A stretch of DNA of 64,000 nucleotides from Amoebidium appalachense (GCA_963693365.1 CAVNZM010000001.1:8014907-8078906), one strand, 5' to 3'; positions 1-30,340 are shown, counted from the first letter of the stretch. Program-made: numbers and translations. Notes: generated from the sequence alone by a model not told the origin.

Positions 1-1681
1 TTATAAAAGGGAAAGGAAAGTGATTTGAACAACCAACCAGAATTCACCACGGTTTTCACGTTTCCCCCTGTGATTGGCTTAGATTATTTTCTAGATGATT
101 CCATTTCAACGATTGGTTGCATGGCTCACCAATGAAAACACGATTATTAGTAAACCATTTTGATTCGCCTAGCGAGCACCAAGTGTGTGAGCACAGCGCA
201 CGCTGATTGGCGCGATTAGAAACCCGTTTTGACGGCAGGTCTTGAAATAGCGCATATGTATTTTGGCAACTTTGCCTGTATTCCACTTCCACTCAACTGG
301 GTTATATATATATATATATATAAGTTATAGTGTTTAGGTCCACTGGCCCCGAGTTCAGTGGACCTGGCGCTCCATGTCAGGTGGCTTTTTTCGGTTTCAG
401 GTGGCGTTTTTGGGTCCAAGTGGCACTGAAATTTCTGGCCCTGTTCACAAATTGACGGTGCCTAATGCGTTTTCCAGCGCAGCCAATCAAATGCAGCTAG
501 TGACATATGGCTAATTCTTTTTATCTACCCGTTATCCAAAAACAGGCCTGCACTTGATTACTTGGTATAGAAGTGCCACCAAACACAATAACTGATAAAT
601 ACATAAAAAAAAATTCAGGGGAAAAGGAAAAATAATTCTCAGAAAGCGTGACTACAGTTATAGCGATGATTATAAAAGAAATATACAAATATGTTGCAGA
701 GAAAGGCGAGCTGGTGTATCTCACTTGCGTACAGACTGAGATATTCCTGACATTCTAAACAGGACGCCATGACGTCAGGGCCGGGAGGGCCCCATCTTTT
801 TTCCGAACTTTGAGTTTTTTGAAACTTCCCCCCCCCCCCCTGTTCCACAGTCACACGGACAGACGAAAGGCCCCCTTTATATGTTAGCTTAGGCCTCAGA
901 CCTCCACCGCTCTGTTTTCTTGTTCTTGCCACTATATTTTTCTATGTTTCACTTCGGTTCATCCTTGGCAAAAGCTGGGCCACTAGTTACCCAGCTCGCA
1001 AGCAGAACAGCTTTGGGTAGGCGGGTACTCCAGCCACGGTCAGGTAAGGAACTTTGGTTTAGATCTGTCTTGGATCCACACATGTTTTTGGTCTCATCCT
1101 TTTCTTTACGGCGGGAGTTATTTGATGGAATGAAGAATTGAAGAGAATACCAGTGGTGGCAGCATGTGGCTGACCCCAGTCGGGCTGAATGAAGCTTTGA
1201 GCTGCGTTAAGTCGTAAGGCAAAGTTTGAACTTCAATATTTGCATTTCTTCCCTCCTTTCTCACACCTTCCAGCTGCCTGATAAGTGGGTACCTATATGT
1301 AAGACTCGTTCCTTCCTCCATTAACGCTTCCCTAGCGCCTTTCTACCAATAGATCTCTACCTGGCTCATCGATTCCGTTTGCATGCCTGAGCAGTGCGAC
1401 GGAACACTTTGGCTTGGAGCTGCAGCACGCGCACACACTAAACACAACACGCACGCGTGCGCGCACACACACACACGCACATGCACGCACACACGCACTC
1501 GCAAATTTCTTCATTTCTCTCTCTCTTTTCCCTCCCTCTCCTCTCCCATTCTCTCTCTTTCCCTCTCCCTAGCTCTCGCTCCCTCGCTATCTCTCTCTTT
1601 CTCTCCGCACCTCTCCCTCCCTCCCTCCCTCCCTCCCTCCCTCTTTCCCTCCCTCTCTCCCCCCCCCCCCCCCCCCCCCCC

Positions 1682-1723
<42 letters not shown>

Positions 1724-2638
1724 CTCTCCCTCTCTCTCTTCTCCCTCCCTCTCTCTTTCTCCCTCTCTTTCTCTTTCTCTCCCCCCCCCCCCCCCCCCCC
1801 CCTCTCCCCCCCTCCCCCCCCTTCTCTGTCCCTCTCTTTGTCTCTCTTTCTTTCTCTAGCTCCCCCCTCCCCCTCCTTCTCTCCTTCTCTCCTTCTCTCC
1901 CTTCCTCTTATCACACACACTCTCCCCCCCCCCCAACCCTCCCCCCGTCTCCCTCCCCCTTATCAGGCGTGCCCTCTCCCTCCCTCCCTCTCCCTCCCTC
2001 TTTCTCCTCCTTCCCCCCTCCCCCCTGCTCTATGTCTCTCCCTCTCTCCCTCCCCTCCCCCCCCCTCCCCCCTCCCCCTTCTCTCTCACCCTCACAACCC
2101 CAACCCTTCCTGAGGGCGCTGGTTTCCCCCCCCCCCTATGCTTTCATCTGCAGCTCCTAGAAGAACCCACACACTTATTCACACCCCCCCCCCCCCCCTC
2201 CTCCTCCCATCCCTCTCCCTCCAAAACACACACACACGTTCACACATTCACACTCACACACCTGTCCTTTTCGGCACCACTCGTGGTCACAGAAGCATGG
2301 AAAAACGCATAATTCACTTTTCTCACCCCCTTTTTGTCGTTCCTTTCCCTTACCCTTTGCAACGGCTCCCTCCTCCCCCCCCCCCCCCCCCCCCCCCCCC
2401 ACCCCGGGGTGGATGTTAACATCCTTGCGTTGTGGGGTAGTTTGCCAGCCATTTTTACCGTCTTTGCAATGTTTTCCTTGTTTTCTTTGACCCTGTACTT
2501 CTTCCGACGAACTATTTATTTATCGATAAATCTTTTGCAGAATTGTTTTCGAGCCACTGTAGGTGCTGGGGTTTTTGCGCAATTCCATCAAGAACTTTCG
2601 CCAGTTCCAACCACGGGCACAGACCATTTAAACGAAAA

Positions 2639-12504
<9,866 letters not shown>

Positions 12505-12619
12505 TTGGCTGGGTCGATCCTGTATGTAGCATGCAATGGTTTGATTGGTGGAAGTTCGAACGGTTCAATCCCACTTTACTTACGAGTTTAGAAATGCACA
12601 CATTGTCGGCCGGGAATCA

Positions 12620-12652
<33 letters not shown>

Positions 12653-13319
12653 GGGAGGGAGGGGAGGGGGGGGGGGGGGGGGGAGGGAGGGGGGGGGGGG
12701 GGGGGGGGGGGGGAGGGAGTGATTGTGGCTGAATATTTAGAAGACACCTCCTCCTGTTTATGAAACCCCTTTTTTAGTTTGCGAATAGTTTAGTACCATA
12801 TGATGTTTAGGTTATGCTCTGGCTTCCAGCATTGTTGGCTTTTTTCTTAAGCACCTTTTTTCTTTTTTCTTTTTCTTTTTTTTTTTTTAAAAAAAAGGTT
12901 CAACCCACTCTTGTATTGTTGCTCTATTAGACATTGTTGTACAATTATTGTGCTTGTACGATTAAAAAAACCCTGCCTGTACACCTGACCTCTCATTATA
13001 CGCAAATCACTGCTGCAGCAAGTGTGTGCCTTGTCTGACAGCCCAGAAAGCTGATCCCAAATACCAATAATAAAATGACTTGGAACAATTATTTGAGGCA
13101 AACCTTGTACATGTACTTTTTACAGCAACAGATACTTCAACATTTTACAATGTGTTGGTGTCAATTCTGCTGAGCCCGGCCAGGCTCGAATTCACGTGAG
13201 CATGAGCCTCTTGCGAGTAGTAGTAGACACATGTGTCGATTTTCCTGCTCCTGTTCTACAGCACATGATTCAGTCTGTGTACAGCATGTATGTGTACAGA
13301 TGTGTGTGTGTGTGTGTGT

Positions 13320-13383
<64 letters not shown>

Positions 13384-13725
13384 TGTGTGTGTGGGTGGGT
13401 GTGTGTGTGTGCCTGTGTGCGTATGCCTGTGTGTGCGTGCGACGTGTGTGTGCATGTGTATGCGTATGTGTATGCGTGTGTTTGCGCGTGTGTATGTATG
13501 TGCGTGTGCGTATGCGTGTGCCTGTACATGTGCGTGGTTGTATGTAGTAGGTGTGTGTTGGTACCGGTAGGCGTGTGCCGGCTGGCCGGATCATCGGACG
13601 TGCATTCCGGTAGCTGTAGGCACTACTAACATGGCGTGCTCGGCCTTAAACTGGAAACTGTCTAGGGTTGTGTGGCCACTGAACTTATGCCTGGAGGATT
13701 TTCAGGTCGCAATTGGATGTTTTGT

Positions 13726-13785
<60 letters not shown>

Positions 13786-14093
13786 TGGCTACGTACGGTA
13801 TGCGCCTGAGTCTGCACTCACGTTCGTGACGATGGATTCCGCTTGGCAAGTTGGATCTAAAAACGATGCGTTTTGAGTGGCGATGGGCTTTCCACAGTAC
13901 GAATAAATCCATTGGCCGACAGAAAGGCTCCTTGAAATCTGGATTATTAGTTGCATGACCTATAACGAATTGTACATTTGCACATGTTTTTTAAACATTT
14001 TGATTCGTTAGTTTAGCACCTGATAAGAAACGTTGACCAACAATTGGCATCAAGTGTGCTTATTCTAGCGCCGGCTCTCTCGAGCCCTGCGGG

Positions 14094-14132
14094 TATATAA
14101 ACAGAAGATACAGCACTCCAAGTGATTCATTC
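14094..14132 (+). promoter_or_regulatory. Core promoter of FABP-like copy 1: TATA box and TCATTC initiator-like motif
   Basis: TATATAAA at 14094-14101 and TCATTCAAAAGCAAC starting at 14127. The same two motifs at similar spacing are kept upstream of copy 2 although the sequence between them differs. Confidence 0.6.
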
Positions 14133-14193
14133 AAAAGCAACAACCGCGGTAAAACAACAGCAAACAACCACACAATAATAACAAAACCACAAA

Positions 14194-14640
14194 ATGGCCG
14201 CCTCCGCACAGGATTTCGTTGGTCGCTTCGCCCTCGACCGCAACAACTCTGGCGACCTTGGCGCCGCGCACCTCACTCTGGCCGGCGTCAACTTCATCAA
14301 GAGAAAGATGCTGCTTGCGCTTGCCGTGGACATAGAGTTTGAGCTTGACGGGGACATGCTCACCGAGAAGACCCTCACCACGTTCGTCAACAAGTCCGTC
14401 ACGTTCACGCTGGGCGGCGCGGCCACGGAGTATTTTGACGACGGCATTGGCTACGACCTTGTCAAGAGCATCCGGTTCGAGGACGGCAAGCTGGTGAGCG
14501 ACATCAAGGAGAAGAAGGGGCAGTTTACTATTGATGAGGTGCGGTACCTGTCGGCCGACAAGAAGGTGCTGCACTTCGACACGGTCATGCACTACAAGGG
14601 CAAGGACGCGGTCAGCAAGCGCCAGTTCGTCCGCTGCTAA
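14194..14640 (+). CDS. Intronless FABP/CRABP-like intracellular lipid-binding protein (calycin beta-barrel), copy 1, 148 aa
   Basis: Clean ORF with high GC3. Pattern FVGRFALD..S...L.LAGVNFIKRKM...EFELDGD.LTEKT.TTF..KSVTFTLG...E...DG.....KSIRFEDGKLV...R..SADKKVL...V..RQFVR resembles the iLBP/FABP consensus in motif order and length. Confidence 0.75.
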   Translation: MAASAQDFVGRFALDRNNSGDLGAAHLTLAGVNFIKRKMLLALAVDIEFELDGDMLTEKTLTTFVNKSVTFTLGGAATEYFDDGIGYDLVKSIRFEDGKLVSDIKEKKGQFTIDEVRYLSADKKVLHFDTVMHYKGKDAVSKRQFVRC

Positions 14641-15079
14641 ACATTTTACGTAATCGATCTTGGTCCCTCGAGTAACTTGTGTGGCTGCTGGCCAGCCAAA
14701 AGAGCAGTGCGGGGTGCAACCATGGCAGCCTTTTTTGTATTTTTAATTTTTTTAAAACTTTCTTTTAAACACTTTAAATCTTAACGACAGCGCGCTACGA
14801 GCGCTCGCTGGTTCAGAGAGCAATAAATTATAGTAATCGTACTTTTCTGTTCCTGTTCAATCTATGCACTCAAACACGCATTCACGCACGCACGCCATCC
14901 ACACACGCACACATGCACGCACGCACACGCACGCACACACACAAACGAACATGCACATGCACAAACACACACACCACACACACACGCGCGCGCGCACGCA
15001 CACACACACACATATGCACACACACACACACACACCTACACATACGCACACACACACGCGCGCGCGCACACACACACAC

Positions 15080-15119
<40 letters not shown>

Positions 15120-16136
15120 ACACAAACACACACACACACACAATGTGCACACAGACAGACCTGCAAACCCCCCCCCCCCCCTCCCCCCTGAGGCTCCCCC
15201 CCCTCCCTCCCGCCCACCTCCCCCCGCACACAAACGCACATCGTGAAACACACACACTACCACACACACACACCGTGTGACACGCACATACACCCCATCA
15301 CACACACACACACGTGCGCGCACGCCATTGCTCACGACTGTTACAACATTTATGATACATGCGCCTGCGCACACACATCAAAACAGCAGAGCTGACTTGA
15401 ATATTCCCAAGCTCCACAGTAACACTGCTTACACACACAGAAGCTGCTGACCAATACCAAGCTAAAAATTTGAAACTTGCAGATGCAAGTAGCAGGTGCA
15501 AGAGGGCCAAAGAATATCAAGAACGACAAAACTCCTTCTCCACATGCCTCATGGCACACGAGTGCACACCTACTCTACGTACACTCCTTACCGCACACAT
15601 GTTTGTGCAAACATCTCAGTTACATTCGCTGCACAGACACGCATGAAACAAAAACCTATTGCCCTACAGTCTGCAAGGACAAATTAAGGTCATTGGCAGC
15701 GACACACCCATGTGTGTACACTTAATGTGCACACAGGGCATGTGTGCACATACCCACACAATCACACCCTCCCACGAACCGTTGGCATGTTCCACCCATA
15801 TTGCGCTCATGGTTTTCCACATATACACACAGCAAACTCCATACACCAGGCCCTGCTGGAAAAAAAGCTGATTGGAATGTTACCAAAACTAAGGTATGCC
15901 CATCATGCGTGATTAGTGCACAGACTTATTCACTTGGCATATAATTGCTCCCCATCACCTCCCCTCCCCTCCCCCCCTCCCCCCTCTCTCCCCCTTGCCA
16001 ACCCCCCCCCCCCCCCCCCCCCCCCCGCCACACCATTTGCTTATTATGCAGGCAGTGGCTTTATGTATGTATGGTCTGCACTCTGCCTTGTGTTGTCCGT
16101 TGTTAATGTGTATTTCGTACTTTATAACACATTCGA

Positions 16137-16168
<32 letters not shown>

Positions 16169-16327
16169 TCCCTCAACCCTTTCCTCCCCACCCACAACTC
16201 CGAAGCAAAAGAATATAATGACAATTTCACTTAGCGGTTATAACCCGCTATGACACCAACCCATCCACCACCCCAAAACAGCACGGCTTAAATGCAGACA
16301 CAGTGTGTGTTTGTGTGTGTGTGTGTG

Positions 16328-16419
<92 letters not shown>

Positions 16420-16620
16420 ATGCCGTATGTGTTCATGGTGTGTGTGCATGTGTGCATGCACTCCAAATATCAAAAACGTAGATGCCAGACTCGACCTACC
16501 CTTAATACACAAGACAATACCCGACACCCTACGGCCCCAACCCACCACAAAATCATCGTGTGGTTCAGAGAGGCTACACACACACACACACACACACACA
16601 CAAGCACACAGACGCGCGCG

Positions 16621-16721
<101 letters not shown>

Positions 16722-16950
16722 ATTCATTTCTGCTGCATTTGATTTTCTTAGGATGTAATTGTATCTGACAGGGAAAGTGTGGGAGTTGGAGCAGCGAGCT
16801 TTCTCTGTGGATGTAACATTTGCGGTGTAGAGCAAGACTGCAAAAAGCAGGAAGGCCCCTGAATGCAGTCAAAGTGAGAAGGGTTCCCGGTTCTCCTCTT
16901 CTCCAGCCCCCCTCCACCCCCTCTTTCTACCCCCCTCCCCCCAACCCCTC

Positions 16951-16987
<37 letters not shown>

Positions 16988-17744
16988 AAGAAAAGAGATA
17001 GCCTCGGAGAGAAAACATTCTCATCGCTCATCTCTCTCTCTCTCTCTCTCTCTCTCCCCCCCCCCCCCCCCCCCCCCTTCCCCCCCCCCCCCCCCTCCCC
17101 CCCTCCCTCTATCCCTCTTCTTCCCTCCCCCCCCCCCCCCCCCCCCGGCTCTCTTCCCCTTTCATTTATCCCCTTACCGGCCATCCCGCCCCTTCCTTAA
17201 ATCCCTCCCCCCTCCCCCCTCATCTCCCCCTCTCCCTTTGCTCTCCCCCTCCCCCCGAGGCTTTTCAAAGCACCCCCCCATCCCACCCCCACCCCCACTC
17301 CCACCCCGTCTTCCCCCCTCTCTCGCCCCCCCACCCCCACCTCCCCCACCCCCAAACCTCGAGCTCCAACCCCACCACCACCACGCCGCTCTTAAAAAAA
17401 TTTGCACACACACCTCTCACTCCCTTCCTACTATCCGGACACTGAACGAAATCAGCCAGTAAACAAATAAACGAATAAGTCCTACAGCATCCATAAGCCA
17501 GAGCTCCAATATTATATTACAAGATTTTTTTTTTTTTTTTTTTTTTTTGGGGGGGGGGGGATTGCGAAAAGGGGGACCAGGCCAGGGGAGGGAGGGTGGG
17601 GGGAGGGGAAGGGGGGGGAGGGGGTCGTTATGTTAAGTATGCCTGTCAATGGTGTGCTTGTGCACTGCAAACGCAATGATACGGCGTGCCAATGTTGTGT
17701 GTGTGTGTGTGTGTGTGTATGCGTGCGTGCGCGCGCCCGCGCGC

Positions 17745-17830
<86 letters not shown>

Positions 17831-18004
17831 AGTCGTGTGTGTTCATGCGTGCGCGCGCATGTGTGTATGTATGCCGTATTCTTTCAAGGCGTGTGTGCAT
17901 GTGTGTGTTCCACTATGCATGTGTGTGGGCGCGCCCTCGTGTGTGTGCATGTATGCGCTTGTATGTGCGCATGCCTTGTGTGTGTGTGTGTGTGTTTGTT
18001 TGTT

Positions 18005-18040
<36 letters not shown>

Positions 18041-18336
18041 TGCATATGTGTGGGGATGCATTGCCGCTGCACCTGCCGTGTGTGTTCGGTGTGTGCATCC
18101 GTTGCATGTGCATTTATGTTATGTGACACTGTCTTAAAATCTGTGTGTGTGTGTGTGTGTGTGTGTGCATGTGTCTGTGTACGTGCGTGTGTGCGCGCCT
18201 GCGTGCTCAGTGCGTGCATGCATGTGCAGGTTTGTGACACTGTGTGTTTGTGTGTGTATGTGTGCGCGTGTGGGTGCAGTGTGTGTGCGTGCGCGAGTGT
18301 GTGCGTGCATGTGCAGTGCGTGCGTGTATGTATATG

Positions 18337-18375
<39 letters not shown>

Positions 18376-18699
18376 ATGTGTGTGTGTGCGTGCGTGTTTG
18401 TGCATGTGTGTGTATGTCTGCCTTCGTGCGGCGTGTGTGCATATGGCATGTATGCATGCGTTCGTGGCTGAATTTGAACAGAAACAGAAAAGTAGGATTA
18501 AAGTGATTTATTTGTCTCGAGCTCTGAACCAGCGAGCGCTCGTAGCGCGCTGTTGTAAGATCTAAAGCATTTAAAAGAAAGTTATAAAACTTGAACTAAA
18601 AATACAAAAAAAGTTGGTTGCACCCCCGTACTGCTCTTTTGGCTGACCAGCAGCCACACATGTTATTCTCGAGGGACTTAGATCGATTGCGTACAATGT

Positions 18700-19146
18700 T
18701 TAGCAGCGGACGAACTGGCGCTTGCTGACGGCGTCCTTGCCCTTGTAGTGCATAACCGTGTCGAAGTGCAGCACCTTCTTGTCGGCCGACAGGTACCGCA
18801 CCTCATCAATAGTAAACTGCCCCTTCTTCTCCTTGATGTCGCTTACCAGCTTGCCGTCCTCGAACCGGATGCTCTTGACAAGGTCGTAGCCAATGCCGTC
18901 GTCAAAGTACTCCGTGGCCGCGCCGCCCAGCGTGAACGTGACGGACTTGTTGACGAATGTGGTGAGTGTCTTCTCCGTGAGTTTGTCCCCGTCAAGCTCA
19001 AACTCCATGTCCACGGCAAGCGCAAGCAGCATCTTTCTCTTGATGAAGTTGACCCCGGCCAGTGTGAGGTGCGCGGCGCCAAGGTCGCCAGAGTTGTTGC
19101 GGTCGAGGGCGAAGCGACCAACGAAATCCTGTGCGGAGGCGGCCAT
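18700..19146 (-). CDS. Intronless FABP/CRABP-like lipid-binding protein, copy 2, 148 aa
   Basis: Protein differs from copy 1 at two positions (I/M and M/K); several synonymous differences. ATG at 19146-19144 matches copy 1. Confidence 0.75.
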   Translation of the reverse strand: MAASAQDFVGRFALDRNNSGDLGAAHLTLAGVNFIKRKMLLALAVDMEFELDGDKLTEKTLTTFVNKSVTFTLGGAATEYFDDGIGYDLVKSIRFEDGKLVSDIKEKKGQFTIDEVRYLSADKKVLHFDTVMHYKGKDAVSKRQFVRC

Positions 19147-19223
19147 ATTGTTGTTTGTAAGTTGTGTGTTTGCTGTTGTTCTGTTGCTTTTGAATGAATG
19201 ATAGTAACTGCGCATCCGGCCAG

Positions 19224-19231
19224 TTTATATA
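19224..19231 (-). promoter_or_regulatory. TATA box of FABP-like copy 2
   Basis: TTTATATA on + strand (TATATAAA on -), about 30 nt upstream of TCATTCAAAAGCAAC, as in copy 1. Confidence 0.55.
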
Positions 19232-20060
19232 AGGCCCCGGCTTTGAAGAAATCGGCGCTTGAGTTTACATCTCAGGTGTGGATGGTTGGTCAAGGTTGCT
19301 TTTTGGCCCTTTGGGTGCTTGTCGCGCGAATCAAAATGTGTGTAATGCATGTGCGTCTGTTGATTTGCTTAAAGTCATTACACATGTTTGTCGTTCGCCC
19401 GTTAAAGCCAAATAGCCAATAAATGATAACAACCAACAACCAATCGCACTGCGCGTTTATATTCGCTGGCCGCCGCCCTGACAGGCCTGACTCTTGAATC
19501 GCCGGGGTGACACGCACAACACGCTCACCCAAAAAGAAAATACCCACATAGACAGATGCATCCTTACATATGTGTCAGTGAACCCACTATTTTTTTCACA
19601 AAATAAGTATGCGTATATCTTTTGAATCTGCTCTGTCTTGATGCCGCCGGGCTGGCACGGGCACCTCATTTAGACACCCAGGTGACCCAGCTTCCATGCG
19701 CACGCCCGGCATGCGCGTTGTGCACGCCTATATATATGACTCGCTCGGTGCATTATACAACCCGGACACCTCAGGCTACAGCAAAAAGTCTCAGACGCCA
19801 ATTGGTGCCATATTCTTCAGCTCTTTACATTGTCAGGCCCCAGGGAATCGTAACTGTGCATCTGGGTCAAAAAAAAACAAAAACAAAAAATACTACTTTT
19901 GCGGGGCGTGATCACGTGGGTGTTATAAACTTTCATACCCTGGATTTTTTGAATTCCTTAGTTATCGATATCAGTCGATGGAAGCGTGGCCATTGGATCT
20001 TTTTAACGCGATGACAAGCTGATAAAAATAGTTTTCCTCAATAAAGCCGCAAAAAAGAAC

Positions 20061-20122
20061 AAGAAGAAGAAGAAGAAGAAGAAGAAGAAGAAGAAGAAGA
20101 AGAAGAAAAAGAAGAAGAAGAA
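20061..20122 (+). repeat. (GAA)n trinucleotide microsatellite
   Basis: Directly visible run of AAG units. Confidence 0.9.
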
Positions 20123-22326
20123 ACAAAAGAAAAAAAACCAAAACAATCGACATTGGTTGAGGCAAATCCAATTCACATCTCAGGGTTGCCCTTTTGGAAC
20201 CTGCATGTATTGAGGAATTCAGTGAGGCTCATATAGCTATTGGGCTTGGCTCTTTTTTTTTTAACACCATAAAAACAAACGCACTCACACACCACAGTGA
20301 CATAATCTGTCTGATCGGATTCGCTACGTAAAATATTCGATCATTAGCTGACTGCTGTCTCTAATATACAATACCGGATCTATTACTACCCATAACACGT
20401 GAGGCATAACAAACTAGATGCAGGGTCTTCATGAAACACAAAAAAATAATATACAAACATTATACGTCAAAGTAAACTAAAAAAAAAAAAGGTGCTCTGT
20501 GCGTTTTTTCTTATTTGTTCTTATTTCTTGATTAATTCTAGCTATAGGTCCTTTGATCAGATTGATCATGTTTTGCTATAGCTTAGCGAACGCAGAAAAA
20601 AAAAATCGCGCTCACTTCTCCTTCCGCAATTTTGTTTTTGCAGTAGTTGCAGTTCACTAAAAATATTTGCTATAAATGTCATTTTTGTTGCACTAACCAG
20701 CGTCCTCGGTTTGTTCATAGAGCTTGAACAACCCTACTTGAAACCTAACGGTGGGTTTTGGTTGCTTCTTGCCGCTCCAGGTCAGGCAAGCTTTAGATCC
20801 CGTACAGTAGATCAGGGTTCGCATTGGATCGCCTTTCTGAACCAAGTAGAATTCTATGAGCCGCGGCGGCGCTTCGCTAGGACAAAGCTGTTTTTCTTTT
20901 ACTTTTTAGCCACAGTTGAAATTGAAACTATTTTATATTCTGTTATGTTTCTGATATTTTTGAAGACTCAAGATACAATATTATATGATGGTGCCTTTTA
21001 CGTGGACGATTTTGGGGGGCTAACTGTAATTATAGATGTATGTGTTTTCCGGGAAAAAGCAAAAACAATTCTGAAACACAATGTATCCCAGTTCTAAATG
21101 ATTTATACAAGGGATCGTTTGTTGACAAATCACGCGCCACTGTTCAGGTTTTAATTCGTATTTTAACTTTGCTCAATCTAACGATTTTTGCCGAAGTCTA
21201 ATTAGGAGCCGACCCCCCATTGCAAGTACCGATCGCTATATGTACATAGAGTACTCTGTGCACAGGTGTGTCCCTTCTTATTTTTCAAGGCCGACGCGGA
21301 CGATACGGAGAGCGGCTGATCACGTGACTCACCTACATTGAAAAATAGAGCTACCCGGCGAGATGACATCACACAGGGTGCGAAACTGTTGTACTCTTAA
21401 TAAAGGCATAGCTGAATAGGGGCACAAAACACACGTAGAGACCGATTTTTTTTTAGAAATACTTTTTATCAATTTACAATTGGTGAATTGCATCTCAAAA
21501 GGACACAATGCTTTGTTCTTACGTGCACACTTTGATGCCTCTACCGTCTTACATTATATTTTCACAGCCTGGAAAATGGCTTCTTGACTCCGAGTCGCGG
21601 CCGCCGAAGTCGTTTGGAGAAGTCATCTCACCATCTCTCCAATCAGGTGATTGGACAAAACGCGATCCGATGACGTAAATCAGGGGAGAACGATTCGATC
21701 CCCAAGCGACATAAAGGGGCCGTTAGGCCCCTCTAGCGGGGGTTGGGGGGCGGCAGCCCCCCCATTTAGGGCCCAAACATACATAGGGTTATGGTTATTG
21801 GGTTTATGTTTTTTATTTTTGTAAATTATTATCAATTATTGTATTTTTTTAGCCAGTTATCATCCGATCTCCCTATACCTAGGGCTTCCTTCGTATAGAC
21901 CTACCTCGAATCTCACAGATACTCTTCGTGACTGAGTCACCTGAGTTGACAAAATAGACAGTCCTGGGCCTTAGCCGTAAATGGTTATTGATTGCTCAGA
22001 TCTGCCAATAATTCGTTTGGTACATTAATCTTGGAATTTTCTTGCCAAATTTGGTCGATATGTGACTTGTGTACCAAACGTCATCTCACGGTCGCGTGCC
22101 CTCAGCTAGCGTCGATTTATCGTACACAGGCTAGGGCACAGTCAGCACGTGCCAGGTCCCTAGGCCAAGTGTTTGCTTTTAACATCGACCACTGACCTCA
22201 GCAGACACCCCGCCGAGGCGTCCTTTCCCTCAGTCACACTGTAACCCACCACTCACAATCATCGGCCTCCTCCCACCACATGTGCACCCCTGCCCAAACC
22301 TGTCCCCGACACATAATACCCTTCAG

Positions 22327-28821
<6,495 letters not shown>

Positions 28822-29394
28822 GAAACCCCTTAGATACCAACCCAGAGAAGGAAAAAGTCGAGCAGCAGCAAAGCAATAAAACACCGGAATTTGGTTTTCA
28901 AATTTCGCATTTGTTCTCGGTTGCATGCCACGATGGCTGCTCAGATCGTAGTTTCTGCCCCGCCACATGTTTTTATTTTCTTTTTTTTCCCGTTTCATTC
29001 AATCCAGAGGAGATGCTGTGGTGTCAGTCATCTATTGTGTAGACCATTTATAACGGTGGCGCCTAGGTAGGTAGTGTTAGGCTGTCTAGGACCAACAGAC
29101 GTTGTCTCTCTCTCTCTTCCCCTCCCTTTTTTTTTTCTTTTTCTTTTTTTTCTTTTTTTCTTTTTTTTCTTCTCCTCCCTCATGCGTGCATGCTCAAATG
29201 ACCGCTGAAGTGTACTCGCAGGTAGGTTGTCTCTGCCGTTTTGGGGTTCCTTGCCTTCTGTTTTATCGAATTCCATTCACCTTCGTTAGAGGTGAAAGTA
29301 GGGTTTTTTCTTTCTCATTTCCAGGCTTTTCTCTCTCTCTCTCTCTCTTCATCTCTCTCTCTCGCTCTTCCCGGGTTTCCTTTTTTTTATTTGG

Positions 29395-29434
<40 letters not shown>

Positions 29435-29799
29435 GGGCCGGGGCGGGGGGGGGGGGGGGGGGGGGGGAGTCCTTTGCAGCCGTAAAATGGGTAAATGGGG
29501 GGGGGGGGAGGGGGGAGGGAGGGGGGCTTGACTTGCTTTAGAAAGATCTAGACAATTGAGACTGTGGTACTGTACTAACTATATGCAAGCAAGGTGGTCA
29601 CTGATTTGAACAAACACGTAGATTGGTCGTCGAGGGTACGCACCTGTATGAACCATAAACAAACTGCCGTAGTTGGTGTTTTGGCTGTCCAGTGTTACAG
29701 CACTGTAATACTATACGTAGACATACTAAATTATAAAGCTATTGGCAAGGAAGGGTAGACACAGTGCGAAGATAGCAGACAAAGAGCCGCGGAATACGA

Positions 29800-30340
29800 T
29801 AATTATATTCAGATGGTAAACATTCAGACAAAGGGCGAATATCCATACAAAAGTGGGAATATCGGATTCCAAACAGAGCGAAAAATACTACATTCAGAGG
29901 CCAAATATTCAGAGAGGGCGAATATTATGACACAAATATATTCAGACAAAGGATGAATATTCAGATAAAAGGCGAATATTCCGACTAAAGGGGAATATAT
30001 TCAGACAAAGGGCGGGTATCCAGACAAAGCTTTAGAGCGAACAGATATCCCGTTTTTTTTATTTTATTGATTTTTTTTTATTTTATCCCGTTTCACTCCC
30101 GGCGAGGCACTGCCTCAGGGGAGCTTACCGTCTTCCGCCTAGACACAGATCGTACTGTATAGCACACTCATAAGTCAGGATTCTATTTGACCCCAACTGG
30201 CACTATTTTTAGTTACGCCTTATCCCACGGTTCTAGCCGCATGTGCAACGCTAGTGGGGAAAAATAGATATCCAGATAAAGGGCAAATTCAGATTGGAAA
30301 TATTCAGACATATGGGGAATATCCGGACAAAGAGCGAAGC
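29800..30340 (+). repeat. Degenerate ~20-bp minisatellite (ATATTCAGACAAAGGGCGA) interrupted by a ~215-bp insert
   Basis: Repeated TATTCAGACAAAGGGCGAA variants at ~29800-30040 and ~30266-30335. Confidence 0.75.

Noticed and set aside
336-443. Hairpin AGGTCCACTG...CAGTGGACCT and a CCCTG end resembling a MITE terminus
   Set aside because: No matching opposite terminus or TSD found in the window.
900-1430. Coding-like unique sequence on the minus strand (ORF 1118-1321)
   Set aside because: Interrupted by stops and has no recognisable motif, so no call can be supported.
14131-14592. Antisense ORFs over the FABP-like genes (also 18748-19197) and over the Cna-B exon (41927-42502)
   Set aside because: Shadow ORFs produced by the codon bias of the real gene on the opposite strand.
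18700-19215. 171-aa N-terminally extended version of FABP-like copy 2
   Set aside because: The upstream start lies 5' of the conserved initiator motif and is absent from copy 1; ATG 19146 is preferred.
30085-30125. Hammerhead ribozyme on the minus strand (CTGAGGC...GAAAC)
   Set aside because: The core deviates from CUGANGA and no stem II closes before GAAA; a simple hairpin explains the sequence.
29800-30340. ~20-bp repeats as CRISPR repeats or iterons
   Set aside because: Degenerate head-to-tail minisatellite with no spacers, in a eukaryotic context.
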